DNA of 64,000 bases from Octopus sinensis (taxonomy: Eukaryota). A model generated the notes under the pieces. It was not told the DNA's origin. It did no database searches and saw nothing but the letters and a program-made list of their open reading frames with translations. This document shows, in pieces, positions 24,930 to 38,944 of the stretch. The DNA lies in contig NC_042998.1 in the NCBI RefSeq assembly GCF_006345805.1, positions 178,002,001-178,066,000 on the forward strand. Direction: 5' to 3'. Within the stretch, counting starts at the first letter, position 1; each line of letters begins with the position of its first letter. The position numbers were made by a program, and so were the translations under genes.

Positions 24930-26810
24930 TTTTTTAGAGTTGAAGTTTTTTTTAAAAAGAGTTTTTTGCACAACTTGGTAATAATTATAGAAAAAGCGAA
25001 AGAATTGTAAATGAGTATAAAGCAAAAAATAAAAAGGAAAATTTCAAGCAGTCCGGTGTGTATAAAATGAATTTTCATATCTTTTATTCTTAAAATTACA
25101 CACAAGGGGCTATTCAAAGAGGGACAACACAAGAATAGCACAAGTTTGGGGGTTGGGAACGAATGAAACAAGATGATATGAGAAAAAAGAATGGATGAAT
25201 GAAATGACGACCACTTGAACTCCGAGGGACCTCATTGAAACTTTTTTAAAACACCATTTTTACAGTTTGAACAAATTTTAACATGAAGGGATGTTCCAGT
25301 TTATGATTTCCGAGTAAATAGTTCTGAAACTTACCGATTCAGGTAGACCTTCAATTTCAATTTCTCTTCTCATATCGGAGACGCTCCTCTCGAAGTTATC
25401 ATTCAGTCTGTAAAATGTCTATCTTGGCGCCAGTGCACATTTCACATGTGAGGGCACCTCCTCATAATTCAAAGTGTTCACCCTCACCGGGGAGTTCAAA
25501 CTTTCAATTTCCCTTCTCGCACTTTCAGTTCTGTTATCAAACATTACAATAAGGTACTTTTCTCGGGGTGGGGGAGGGGAAATTTGTGGTTTCTGCGTGT
25601 CTGTAAAACTGATGGTCGTGTCTGGCGATGCAGGGTGATGGCCGGTGTCTGTAGGGGAGGATGAAACGGGGTGGTGAGTGAGGTGGGGGTTATCATCAAC
25701 AGTTTGTGACCTCTTTCTCTTTTTCCTTCTTGCCGTTTCCCATCCATCCTTGGGTTTCTCCTCTGCTTTGTTTTCTTTTTCTTCCTCAATGCCGAGCTCT
25801 CTCCCACTGGCACTCGCAGTAGGTGGAGGTGCAGTTTCTTTTTCGTTTCCAGGTAACACCGGTGTCTTTACGGGCGGCGGAGGCATTCCACTATAATGTG
25901 ACCTTTTTGGCCATACTTGTAACAGCGTGGGGTCTTGCCCTCCACTCTAACCCTAAGTATCACTTTTTCGTTGACCGTTATGGTCTCTGCCATTTTTTCT
26001 AGGTCTTCCGTGGCGGCCTGGATAACCATTTCCAGGCCCTGCCTTTGTCAATTTTTATGCGCTGTTCTAGTGGCTTGGAGGACCAGAATCTGATCTTCGA
26101 GGCCTAGCAGTATTGCTACCACCAGACAGGTCACAGCCACCCCCAAGGGGATGTCTTTCACCCTTACCCTGGAAGCACGTATTCCAAGGTAAATAGGTAG
26201 AAGTACCACCTCGTCAGACTTCAAGGAAGTTGCCGAATGCTGCCTGGAAATTGCCTCGGTCCAAAACTGCACCTCTACTGTCACGAACTTCCTTCCTCTG
26301 GCAGGGAAAGTAATTCACTGCTAGATGGGTTTCAAGGCTTTCTCCACTTGATGTATTGTAGCCGTGTCAATATTCTTCGATTTCAAAATGTAGGCCCTGT
26401 ACACTATCGACCTTTCTTTTGTCGTTTTTGTAATTTCTTGGGGAGGAGTTACCTTAACGTCGTGTCCCTCCCTACGTGACCTATCCTTGTATTTCTCAGG
26501 TTCCTCCTTTTCCACACTTATCTCTTCACTGTGGTCTCTGGCCACGATCGCAGAATCCATCATTTATTCCACCTCCTTCTGTTTCGCAGTAATTGCTCTC
26601 AGCAATTCTTCTTTGGACGACGTAAATTCTGAAGAACTAAGATTTTCGTATTCCATTTTTATACAAATTATACTGCGCTTTTCCCTTGAAACAAGGAGGG
26701 AAACTTCAACAAAACTGCCGCAAGGCAGCAAAGCAAAGTGTTTATAAGACACGAAACAATTAAATAAATGTAGCAACAATCAACAAAACGTGCGAATTAC
26801 TGACAATCTC
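24930..26810 (-). mobile_element. ORF1/gag-knuckle-only retroelement, copy A (decayed)
   Basis: Fragments VVLLPIYLGIRASRVRVKDIP and RCYKYGQKGHIIVEC (CX2CX4HX4C-like), then a Pro/Lys-rich tail. A ~500-nt UTR with an A-rich end follows. No endonuclease or RT is adjacent. Confidence 0.6.
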
Positions 26811-26849
26811 TATAAAAATGACACTTTCTAGTTCTTGACAATTTTTGGT

Positions 26850-28250
26850 TGTAAATTTTCATGAATTTTATTCTTAAATTACCCATAAAGGGCCTACAAA
26901 GAAGGACAATACATGGACAAACACAAAAGAGGGGCCAAAAAAGAAAAAAATGAATGGAAACGATGAATTACAAAATGAAAAATGAAAAACATGGATGAAG
27001 CCACTCGAGCGACTTCATTTAGACATTTTTAACACAAATGAAATAATTAATAATAAACTCAATGAAATAACTTTAGAGTCTTTTCAAACAAATTTTAACA
27101 CTTTGGTTTTATCCACGTTATCTTTTTAGAGAATATATCTCGAAGACTTACCTTTTTTTTTTCTTAGTAGGCAGTTCTTGGATATCAGCTTCCCCTGTGA
27201 AACTGGTGGCCTTGCTCCCGAATTTTGCCCTCAGCTTATCAAAAAACTCCTTCGACGTAACAGCACATTTTATATGCGAGGGCACCTCCTCACAGTCCGT
27301 TGTGTTCACTTCTATTACACTTCAGTTTTTTTTGTATCTATCTATTTTTCACCGATTCACTTACCTCACTGTAAAACATCATAAGAAGCTTTTCTCGGGT
27401 GGTGGGGGAACTTGTGGCACCTTTGTGTCTGCGGTATTGACGTTCATGTCTGGTGGTATGGGTGAGGGCCGGTGTCTGTTGGAGGCGGGTGGGGGTAGGG
27501 TTGGACCGAGTCGCGGCTGAGTGGAGGTAGGGTGGGGGGTCAACCACAACAGTTTGAGATTTTTTTCCTTTTTCTTTTCTTATTCTCTGCCGTTTGCCAA
27601 CCGTCTTTGGCTTCATCTTCCGCTATGCCTTTCCTTCCTTTCTTGTTGCTTTGTTCCTCCTCGCAAACTTCTATGTATTTATTATCGCTGGAGATGGAGG
27701 CGCACTTTCTTTTCTCATTGGCTATCCTAAGTTCTACATCTGTAATTCTTTCCAGATCCTCCAGGGCGGCCTGGATAACCATTTCCAGGCGCTGCCTTTG
27801 CCAGTTTCTAGATTCTGTTCTCACTGCTTGGAGGACCACTATTTCATCTTCCAGGCCCAGCAGTATCGCGGACACCAACCAGGCCACATCCACCTCCGGA
27901 GGGATGTCTTCCACCCTCATCCTGGAAGCACGCTTTCCAAGGTAGATGGACAGAAGTACCACTTCGTCCGTCTTCAGTAGAGTTACCTGGCTTTCGCTGC
28001 GGTAAGAAACCGCAACTCCACTGTAGCAAACTTTCTTTCTCTGGCAAGATAGTAATATCTTGCCAGATTGGTTTTATGGCTTCTCAATGTGCTGTGTTGA
28101 TACCTGTTCAATTATCTTCATTTTAGGGTTATAAGTCCTATACATTATCATCCTTTCCGCATTAACCTTCATAATCTCATTGGGAGGGATCACCTTAATA
28201 TCGTGACCCTCCTTGTTTAGTATTTCCTTGAATTTCTCTCGGTCACCCCA
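26850..28250 (-). mobile_element. ORF1-only retroelement, diverged copy B (5'-truncated, knuckle absent)
   Basis: VVLLSIYLGKRASRMRVEDIPPEVDVAWLVSAILLGLEDEI is homologous to copy A, and the downstream UTR is similar. Confidence 0.6.
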
Positions 28251-28289
28251 GAAGCTCCAATACGAGCATTACAAAGTGTTTGAGTGTCA

Positions 28290-28680
28290 ATCTCAGGCCA
28301 GTGCAATCTAATGACATGTGCCGAGAGTGATAAAAATCAAACATCCAGTCAACATCATGGTGTTTGGAGTGATCACTAGTGATGGCGACGTTATGCCTCC
28401 ATTCATCTTCCCACACGGTCTCACACTCAACACGGGGTCTACATCAAGTGCCCGGAGGCGGTAGTGCTAACCTGGGCCAAGAGGGTGGCTGCCGGAAGAC
28501 CCTATGTTTGGCAACAGGACTCTGTACCATGCCATACAAGCGGAAGAACCCAGTCATGGCTGTCAGACAATTTCTGTGACCACGTCATCCCTATCATCTG
28601 GCCATCTAACTCCCCAGACTGCAACCCCTTGATTATTTATGTGTTTGGGCGCAGTTGAGCGAGAGACCAACAATAAGTGT
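28290..28680 (+). pseudogene. DD37D/maT Tc1-mariner transposase catalytic fragment
   Basis: MVFGVITSDG..YVWQQDSVPCH..WPSNSPDCNPL(D). There are 37 residues between the second and third Asp if a 1-nt frameshift is allowed. Confidence 0.8.
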
Positions 28681-28699
28681 GTAAATCCGAGAGGGGAAT

Positions 28700-28960
28700 A
28701 TGCTGAATAAAATCATAATTAACTGATCCTCCTGTATTTGCTTTTACCCAAAGCTGGAAACTTTTCAGCACTTCCTCGCCTATATGCATATAAATATCCA
28801 GGTACTTTTTGAAAATTTCCACATTTACACCTCGCAAATCTCTGAGGTTGTTTGGCAGGATGTTAAAAAGTTGCAGTCCCCTAAAACCCAAGATTTTACA
28901 ATATTGGGTCCTTATCCGAAATGAAGACAGGATCTTTAGTAATATGCAGTGACATCCAGT
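28700..28960 (-). pseudogene. CR1-like LINE ORF2 C-terminal fragment
   Basis: RIRTQYCKILGFRGLQLFNILPNNLRDLRGVNVEIFKKYLD. Confidence 0.6.
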
Positions 28961-29003
28961 TCGGTGGTTGGTATAGCTTTTAATTCTATATATATATGTA
29001 TAA

Positions 29004-29085
<82 letters not shown>

Positions 29086-29199
29086 TATTGGGGTAAAATA
29101 TGAAAAATCAACGAAAATGCACATTGCAAATAAAAAAAGGCCTTTTATGACAGGTAACGACAAATATATACATTAAGAGGACTGAAGTAGTAATAAGAG

Positions 29200-29940
29200 T
29201 CATAAAAGTCATTATTATGAGATGATTATAAGATGATAATAAAGTAAGAGAACAAAGCGAACCATGGTTTCGGCCAAATTCTATTCATCGCTTTGAAAAC
29301 ACCGGCTAATACACGGTGTCAGAAAAAAGGTTATTTGTAAGGAAGGTAAGTGGTTCTGGATTATTTGTAAGGGAAGTAAGTAGTTCTGGATTTAGAGATG
29401 TGAGCAGTGTAGGAAGTGTATAGGGGTTAGTGGTTTCAATTGAAGTGTTAGTGGTGTTCTGTATTGAGTTGTGTGTTCATATTTAGTTGGGGGAGAAATT
29501 TATTGATGAAAAATGCCTCGTTATTCAACCTTTGTTGAATTGTGTTGTTCTGTGAATATTGATAAAAGGGAAAGATTTGGAAATTGGGATTAAGATTCCT
29601 GGCACACCTTTCTATGTGTTCACTAACCTTTAACTGTCTGTATTGCGGGTGACGGATTTGCTCTTTGTGAATGGTGATTCTTTGATGGAGCGAAATTTCT
29701 GTTTGTCCAATATAAAGTTTACCACATCCTATGCATGTCATGACATAGATTACATTTACTGAGGCGCAGGTGAAATTTGATTTGATCTTAAACAATTCTC
29801 CTTGTTTGAAGTGATATTCTGAACCTTCCAGAAGGTGGGGGCATGTTCCACAGTTAGAACGCCCACATTTTGTCACTTTTGGCTCTGTTGTTAGTGGATA
29901 CAGTCTAGCGCTGATTAATATTTTTTTCCAGTGACTTCGG
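29200..29940 (-). mobile_element. PLE 3' end with an open GIY-YIG ORF (29448-29876) and a partial pseudo-LTR
   Basis: CGRSNCGTC..VIYVMTCIGCGKLYIGQT..HKEQIRHPQYRQLKVSEHIERC..EAFFINKFLPQLN. A partial hammerhead (GAAA-CCATGG-TT-CGCTTT) lies at 29254-29294. Confidence 0.85.
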
Positions 29941-30034
29941 TTGCTTTTTGCTTTTTATAATTTTATATGAGCTTAAAATTTCGTTCATTGTTTTGTATAA
30001 ATACATACATACATACATATATAATTTTATGAAA

Positions 30035-33000
30035 TATAACGTGTCTTGGATGGCACAACAATGCAGAGTGGACGATAATAACTATTATAATTTAATTATC
30101 TATGGTCTGATATAATACTAATAATTTGGATACAAAAATTCCTTCTTCAGATACCGAGTCACTGCTATAATTCCTTCTTCAGATATCGTGTCATTGCTAT
30201 AATCGGTTTTCCAACGGTAACTGAATTTTGTTTTGCCCGGAAGCGTCTCTGCAGTGGTCTTACGAAGCTCCTTCCGGAATTCCTCACGAGAAATGCGTGA
30301 GGGCGACCATGTCTCAAGCTCGTGTGTGTATGCACATCCACAACGCTGCTTCTAAGTTATGTATTATACATGCAGTTTCTTTTTTTTTTCATATATTACG
30401 TGAGCATGTTATCAAAAATGAAACCTACACGCATCCAGGTGTAGCTAAATAATATATAGATTGCCAGCCACCAGCCTGTTGTTAATTTGGGGCCTTAGTC
30501 TGTCTCTGAGGATAGCTTCCTTAATTCTTAGATTACCCAAATTTCTTTGTCTGGACTTAATTGTGACTGTTATGCTTTTGTCGGTGTTCCAGCATTTGTC
30601 TATATGTTTTCTGAAAGAGGAGGCTCTCGTGTTCAGATGTTCTTTGATGCGAATGTGTAACTGTCTTATTGTGCTACTCACATAGAACTTGTTGCATTTG
30701 TTACATTGTATTCTATACACAACATTTACCCGTTGGCATAAGTCTGTGTCATGGATGAAGCAGTTAGCTAGTGTGCATTGATTGCTGTCCCTTGCTCGTT
30801 TCTTTGCTAGGTGTCTTCTCAGAAAGGGGCCGGAGTGGGTTAGTTGTATGTCTAGTCCTTCTCTTCTTTGGATTGGCTGTAGTTATCCTCTCGCTAAACT
30901 GGGGTATTTTAAGGAAGCATGTGTTGCTGGGTTTCCTGTGTGTTCAGCGTATTTGTCGTCTTGGGTACTTAAGCCAATTTACAATAGATATAGGGTACCC
31001 GTTGGTTTTCAATATCTCTAGGAAGCGTTTGGTGTGGGTCACCTTGTCTTCTGCCCTGCTGCACTTGCTCTGGATACATGCAAATTCATTTGTGGTGTAT
31101 CCTATTTCGGCATCGAGTGGAAGGGCTGAACTGTGCTGAACAAACACATCTCTACTGGCTGCTTTCCTGTAGAAGTCGGTGTGGATCTCTCCTTCTTGCG
31201 TTATTTTCAGTTGGAAGTCGCGTACCGATAGAGATCCAGTTTTGTCGGGATGTTCTATATTGAACCGTATGTTCATGTCCATGTTGTTGAACGTCTTGAA
31301 TATTCTGCCTGCTTCTTCATGGGAGGATGTGAGTATGAGGATGTCATCTACGTACCTGATGAAGAAGGCGCATGAGCGGCAGATGTTGAGTGTTAGACGT
31401 ACCAGGTAGTTCATATAGGTGATGGCTAGTAGGCCCGAGAGACTGGATCCCATGGGGAGACCTGTTGTCTGTTTGTATATGTGATCATGGAAAGAGAAGT
31501 AGGTGTTGTCCACGATGATGGACAATAGTTGATGTATATCAGCTGCGGCGAGTCCGAAGCAGTGGATGTCGGACGCAAATATGCAGTCAGATAATAGGCT
31601 GACCGCCGAGTGTGCTGGTACCGTTGTATACATTGAGACAACATCAAGACTAAAGGCATATCTGTTTTGCCTGAGTTGGTCTGGGGAAAGTTGGCCAAGT
31701 CTTTTGATGACTTCGTCGGAGTTCTTTACGTGTCCAGGAAAGGTGGAGAGTATGAGATGTGAGAAAGTAGCCAGGATATTTTATATAGGAGTCGTTCCAC
31801 GCTGAAGACGATGGGTTTAATCTGGATCGTGTTGCTATCCTTATGTGTTTTAATGAGGTGATAGAAAATGTGTAATCTACTGTTATTTGTGATGAAGTTG
31901 TTCTTGTATTTGCTATGTAGTTGTCTCCGCCTACAAATGTCAGTCCATAGAGTGTTAATTCGGTCTTCAATCCTGGTCGCAGTTGTATCTGCCACTTCAG
32001 AATATAGTCTGGCATTGCTTAAATCTTCTAGTATCAGTCTATCATAAATTTCACAAGAAGTCACACAGATTTCTTATCTTTAGTCTACTGGTAAGTAGAT
32101 AAGTTTTTTAAATTATTTTTTATTTTTGTCAATGTTTTAAGTCGCGCCTTGGTTAAGATTGGTATTATTTTCGATTCCTTCCTTAAAATGTTGGAGATTG
32201 ACAGTTTCAGTCTGGACAGTTTGTGGTTGAGTTCTCGGTTGGTTGGGGTTGAGTGGAGTGGGTGGTCTAGTTGGTACGTGGGAAGTTTGCCGAGTGTATT
32301 GTTGTTGTTCTTTATTACTAATAACCTTTTGAGTTGGTAGGCGGTTCCACAAAAGTTGGTTTCTTGGTCGAGTAAGAATTCCTCGTTCGGCTGTTGGCTT
32401 AAGATAAATTTAGGACCCAGACTGAGAAGTTCTAGTTCTTCATGGGAGAGTGACCCACTCAAGTCTGTGACTAGGGATTTAGTTGTTGATGGTGTGCTGG
32501 CGTCCTCGATGTTAGTGTTATCTTGTTAGGTGGCCGTGTCCTGTTCATCTGTGTCGGTATAATAGACCGAGTTGTGGCGGTATCTGGTACAAAGCGACAA
32601 GAATTTAAATTTGAAGCGTTTCTTCTCTTGGTCAACGCAGTAGTGGTAGCATCGGTCAACAGCTGCGGTTGTTCTTCGGTATGTAGGTTCAGTGGTTGAT
32701 GTGATGCTGGATATTATTTCAGAGAGATCGTCGAAGGTTAAGGCTGCGAAAGCACGTGAGTAGATGTATGTTCCTGATGGTGTTGGGAATTATGTTGTTT
32801 TTTAGGCAGCGTTTAGGAAAGTTTATTTGGCATCCGATTCTAGCACGTTTCTCCGATAGCTTGATTAACTCCCTAGCGGTTGCGAACTCGGCCTGGCCCA
32901 GGCGTAGATATAGGAGAGTATTGTAGTTCGCTTGAAGCATTGAGTATTGTTTGTAAACTATAACGTGTCTTGAACGGCACAACAATGCCATAGTCTGATA

Positions 33001-33250
33001 TAATGATAATATTTCGGAATACAAAAATTCCTTCTTCGGATATCGCTAGGATTTGGTCGAGTCATTGCTATAATCGGTTTTCCAACGGTCACTGAAATTT
33101 TTTTCCGGAAGCGTCTCTGCAGTGGTTTCACGAAGCTCCTTCCGGAATTCCTCATGAGAAGTGCGTGAGGGCGGCCATGTCTCAAGCTCGTGTGTTTTGG
33201 CACATCCGCAGCGCTACTTCTAAGTTATGTATTATATGTGAAGTTTCATT
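30035..33250 (-). mobile_element. Near-full-length Penelope-like element with direct pseudo-LTRs (~30035-30420 and ~32955-33250)
   Basis: RT: YHLIKTHK, TTGLPMGSSLSGLLA, FIRYVDDILIL. GIY-YIG ORF 30445-30720 (MYRIQCNKCNKFYV..RIKEHL). Degenerate hammerheads at 30109-30155 and 32997-33044. Confidence 0.9.
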
Positions 33251-33289
33251 TTTTTACGTGTTTGTGTGTGTGTGTGTATGCGCGCATTA

Positions 33290-33630
33290 TAGGCGTAGGC
33301 ATGGTTATGTGGTAAGAAGTTTGGTTCTGGGTTAAGTCCTAAGACATGCACCTTTGGCAAGTGTCTTCTACTGTAGGCTCGGCCGACCAAAGCTTTGTGG
33401 ATGGATCTGGTGGACAGAAACTGAAAGAAACCCGTCGGATTTCTGTGTGTGTGCGTGTGTGTGTAATGTGCATGGTGTGTGTGTGTGTGTGCGGGCGTGC
33501 GAGTATATGTTTGTATATATATATGTGTGTGTGCATGTATCTTTAGGTTTGTGTTTGTCCTCCATCACCGCTTAACAAACGGTGTTGGTGTGACTTAGCA
33601 GTTTGGTAAAAAATTGCGATAAAATAAGTA
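33290..33630 (+). mobile_element. SINE family B, decayed
   Basis: GGCGTAGGCATGG..GTGGTAAG head, CAAGTGTCTTCTACT core, internal (TG)n. Confidence 0.7.
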
Positions 33631-33870
33631 CCGGGGAAGATCTTCGAGCACCTCCTTCGATTTCAGTCACCAGCTTCGTGTTGCAGGCACAGTTGTTGGT
33701 ATCTTTCTCAACCGCACGGCACACACTAATCCATGGGATTGCAATCACGGGAATTAGGAGGCCAGAATTTGGGACTGGGGAACTCATAGAAATTCTCAGA
33801 AAGATACTTCTGACTTTCCGGAGTTATATGAAGGAACCGAATCCTGCAGCTACACATATTTCCGTCTACG
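33630..33870 (-). pseudogene. DD37D/maT transposase C-terminal fragment
   Basis: LQDSVPSYNSGKSQKYLSENFYEF..FWPPNSRDCNPMD. Confidence 0.7.
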
Positions 33871-33912
33871 AAATCATTCTGGTCGGCCGGAGGCTATACT
33901 AGAGGACAATTA

Positions 33913-34650
33913 AGGCGGCGAGCTGGCAGAATCGTTAACACGCCGGGCGAAATGCTTAGCGATATTTCGTCTGCCGCTACGTTCTGAGTTCAAATTCCGC
34001 CGAGGTCGACTTTGCCTTTCATCCTTTCGGGGTCGATAAATTAAGTACCAGTTACGCACTGGGGTCGATATAATCGACTTAATCCGTTTGTCTGTCCTTG
34101 TTTGTCCTCTCTGTGTTTAGCCCCTTGTGGGTAGTAAGAAATTGGTATCTCGTGCGTCTTCACGTTCTGAGTTCAAATTCCACCGAGGTCGACTTGCCTT
34201 TCACCCTTTCGGGGTCGATAAATTAAGTACCAGTTACGCACTGGGGTCGATATAATCGACTTAATCCGTTTGTCTGTCCTTGTTGTCCTCTCTGTGTTTA
34301 GCCCCTTGTGGTAGTAAGAAATAGTATCTCGTGCGTCTTCACGTTCTGAGTTCAAATTCCTCCGAGGTCGACTTTGCCTTTCACCTTTCGGGTCGATAAA
34401 TTAAGTACCAGTTACGCACTGGGGTCGATATAATCGACTTAATCCGTTTGTCTGTTCTTGTTTGTCCTCTCTGTGTTTAGCCCCTTGTGGGTAGTAAGAA
34501 ATAGGTATCTCGTGCGTCTTCACGTTCTGAGTTCAAATTCCGCCGAGGTCGACTTTGCCTTTCACTCTTTCGGGATCGATTAAATAAGTACCAATTATGC
34601 ACTGGGATCGATGTTATCGACTTAATCCCTTCCCCGAAATTTGAGGCATT
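33913..34650 (+). repeat. Tandem array of SINE A: one full head plus three ~180-bp headless units
   Basis: ACGTTCTGAGTTCAAATTCC at 33979, 34162, 34341 and 34522. Confidence 0.9.
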
Positions 34651-34799
34651 GTGCTTCAAGTAGAAAAGATTATAGTAGAAGACACTTGTTGAATGTGCAC
34701 GTAGTGAGGCTGAACCCGGGACCATGTGGTTGGGAAGCAAGCTTCTTAGCACACACCCGTGCCTGCGCCTATAATGCACACTCACACATACGCACAGCT

Positions 34800-35540
34800 A
34801 GGTGGCTATCTCTCTAGATAGGTAGACACGAAGACAAATAGACACAAGCTGATAGGTAGAGAAACAAATAGTATGATGCCGAAGAAGTGCAGAGAACTTA
34901 AGATAAATGGAAAGAAAAAGTTTGATAGAGAGATAAGAGAGAGGAAGAGGAAGAGAAGGAGGGAGAAAGAGAGAGAGGCAGAAAAGAGAGAGGGGGAAAA
35001 GGGAGAAAGCAGAAATAGTGGGCGTGGTTGAAAACCTTAAATGTAATGAGGAATGAGTATCATTAATTATGATACCTTTTAACAATGAAGCTGATTGGGT
35101 GAGTGAGTGAGTGGAGGAGGTACAATGAGAGAAAGAGAGAGAGAGAGAGGGAAAGAGACAGACAGACAGGGAGGGAGAAACAGAGAGGGAGAAAGAGAAT
35201 GATATGTAGGAAGAGATAGAAAGAAACAGAGAGAAAGCAAAAAAAGAAAGAGGTAGTTAAAAGAGAAAAGGATGGAGACGAAGAGGGAGAGAAATAAAAC
35301 AAATGAAACAAGACAGAGAGAGAGAGAGAGAGAGAGGGGAGAGAGAAAGAGAGAGAGAGAGAGAGAAAGACAGACAGACACACAGATAGACAGACAGACA
35401 GACAAACAGAGAGGGAGAAGGAGAGATGGAGACGGAGAGTTGATGAGAGATATATGGAAAGATGGAAAGAAAAACCAAATCAGATAGAAGAAAATAATAC
35501 ATGGATTAGAAAAAAAAGAAAGTTAAAGGGAAAAATGTGA
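34800..35540. repeat. GA-rich polypurine low-complexity tract
   Basis: Purine-biased (GA)n/(GACA)n mosaic. Confidence 0.85.
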
Positions 35541-35608
35541 AGAATAAAAAAGAAGAATGAATTGTACGAACCAAATAAAAACTATTGGACTATGTATATA
35601 TGTATATA

Positions 35609-35677
<69 letters not shown>

Positions 35678-35795
35678 CGTTTATATGTATATATAGATGT
35701 AGATTTGTGATGTCAGTATGTGTATGTGCGTGTGTGCATATATATGTATATATGTGTGTGTGTGTGTATGTATATATATATATATGTGTGTGGTG

Positions 35796-35828
<33 letters not shown>

Positions 35829-35851
35829 ATTTATATATGTTATATATATAT

Positions 35852-35904
<53 letters not shown>

Positions 35905-35924
35905 CCTCTTTTCTCTTTCTTTTA

Positions 35925-36132
35925 CTTGTTTCAGTCATTCGACTGCGGCCATGCTGGAGCACCGCCTTTAGTCGAGCAAATCGACCCCGGGACTTATTCT
36001 TTGTAAGTCTCTTTTTGCCGAACCGCTAAGTGACGGTGACATAAACACACCAGCATCGGTTGTCAAGCAATGCTAGGGGGACAAACACAGACACACAAAC
36101 ACACACACACACATACATCATACATACATACA

Positions 36133-36217
<85 letters not shown>

Positions 36218-36370
36218 GACAGGCTTCTTTCAGTTTCCGTCTACCAAATCCACTCACAAGGCATTGGTCGGCCCGGGGCTATAGCAGAAGACACTTGCCC
36301 AAGATGCCACGCAGTGGGACTGAACCCGGAACCATATGGTTGGTTAGCAAGCTACTTACCACACAGCCAA
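35925..36370 (-). mobile_element. SINE family B, near full length with internal (TA)n
   Basis: CTTTTACTTGTTTCAGTCATTCGACTGCGGCCATGCTGGAGC..ACCACACAGCC. Confidence 0.85.
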
Positions 36371-36901
36371 TACACTTTAAAACGTACACGTATAGGATAA
36401 CACACGTATCAAACAGAAATATGGAAATATTTCTAAATTTAAATGCTTAAATGCATATGAATATATAGACACATATACCTATAGGGGCAAAAGGGTATTG
36501 AGGCATGTATACACATTCACACATAGAATACATTCATAAATGTTTGTATATCATTCATCCTTTCGGGGTCGATTAAATAAGTACCAGTTACGCACTGGGG
36601 TCGCTGAAATCGAATTAATACCTTTGTCTGTCCTTGCTTGTTCCCTCTATGTTTAGTCCCCTGTGGGCAATAAAGAAATATATATATATATATATATATA
36701 CACACGTGTGCGTGTGTGTGTGTGTGTGTATGTGTGTGTGTGTGTGTGTGCGTGTGTGTGTGTGTGTGTGCGAACACGCGCGCATGTATACTTGTATGTA
36801 TGTATGTACGCACGTATGGTTGACGTGCTCTCACAAAGTAAGACAGAGAGAGGAGGGAGTGAGAGAGAGAAAAAAACGAAGCAGAGAGAAGGAGAGAGAG
36901 A

Positions 36902-36952
<51 letters not shown>

Positions 36953-37185
36953 AGAGAGAGAGGGAGAGAGAGAGAAAACTGTTTATGGCTATGTAGCAAC
37001 GCTGCATTAGTAATCACCGTGACAAGTTGAAGACACATGTTTGTAAGTCTAAAAATTACGAGGCTTGACTACAAACTCCAAGTACAAGGTTTCTAACTGC
37101 CGCCGTCATTACTCAGATTCGACACGATACGAACTGGCTAATCAGAAAAACTAACGACAGTAGTAATAAGAAGGAAGACGTTAAC

Positions 37186-37232
<47 letters not shown>

Positions 37233-37364
37233 CATATAAATATTTATCTATAGGAGAAACAATTGGTGAGTTTCATTATACATTTTTTTTTTATATTCAT
37301 GGTTTGATTTTGTTTTCAAGCATTAAACAAATTGAACAGATATGGAAATACAAAGTGGGACAAT

Positions 37365-37878
37365 CGCACGCACACGCACGGACACGCACGCACACAGACA
37401 CACACGCACGCAGACATACACACACGCACACGCACGCACACAGACACACACACACGCACACAGACACACACACACGCACACGCACGCACACAGACACACA
37501 CACACGCACACAGACACACACACACACACGCAGACACACACACACGCACACAGACACACGCACACAGACACACACGCACGCAGACATACACACACGCACA
37601 CGCACGCACACAGACACACACACACGCACACAGACACACACACACACACACGCACACGCACGCACACAGACACACACACACGCACACAGACACACACACG
37701 CACGCAGACACACACGCACGCACACAGACACACACACACGCACACAGACACACACACCCGCACACACACACAGGTATATATACAGACGTGCACGCGCCTC
37801 TCTCTCTCACACACACACACCACATACACACACATACACACACCGACACACAGACACACAGACACACAGACACACACA

Positions 37879-37920
<42 letters not shown>
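37365..37920. repeat. Complex CA/CG/GA minisatellite (~550 bp)
   Basis: Recurring units such as CACGCACGCACACAGACACACA. Confidence 0.9.
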
Positions 37921-37926
<6 letters not shown>

Positions 37927-38064
37927 CAACTCTGGTACGTAATATATAGAAATGTAAATGCACCAACGCCGGTTGTCAAGCGGACACACGCACAGTTGGA
38001 TGTTTTGTTGTCTCTTTTTGTATCGCCTAGTTGTTCGGATATTTTGCGTTCTTGTCCCATTTTG

Positions 38065-38147
<83 letters not shown>

Positions 38148-38176
38148 CACATACACACATACACACACACATACAC

Positions 38177-38213
<37 letters not shown>

Positions 38214-38430
38214 CACGTTAATGAATTTATGTTGCAAGATTCTTGATGTGAAACGGTTTATTGAAACGGATACTGTTGTATTTCGGGATGGCCATTCTCT
38301 TTCCCGCCAAATAAACACACGCACTGTATATTCGTTCTTCACTCGTTGGAATAAGAAAAGTAATAAACGAGTGAAAGAACGAATATATAGTGCATGTGTT
38401 TATTTGGCGAAAAGAATGACCGTCCGAAAT

Positions 38431-38561
<131 letters not shown>

Positions 38562-38886
38562 GTGGTTATTACCTATCAGCTAAACATTAATATCTTATCT
38601 ATTAACTAATCATTAATTTTGCATTCCGAAGTATTGTCTCTTTTATTTAGTATGCAAATAAATCATTACTCTGAATCAACCTATACATATGGACAAACTC
38701 ACACACATGCACACAAACATGCACATATACATACATATATACATACATATGTTGTGTTGTGAGCGTGTGTATATATATATATATATCTAATATATATATG
38801 TATAGTATGTATATATATACTTATATATATATATATTATTATATTATATATATATAATATATATATATATAAATTATATATATATT

Positions 38887-38927
<41 letters not shown>

Positions 38928-38944
38928 TAATATAAATATAATAT

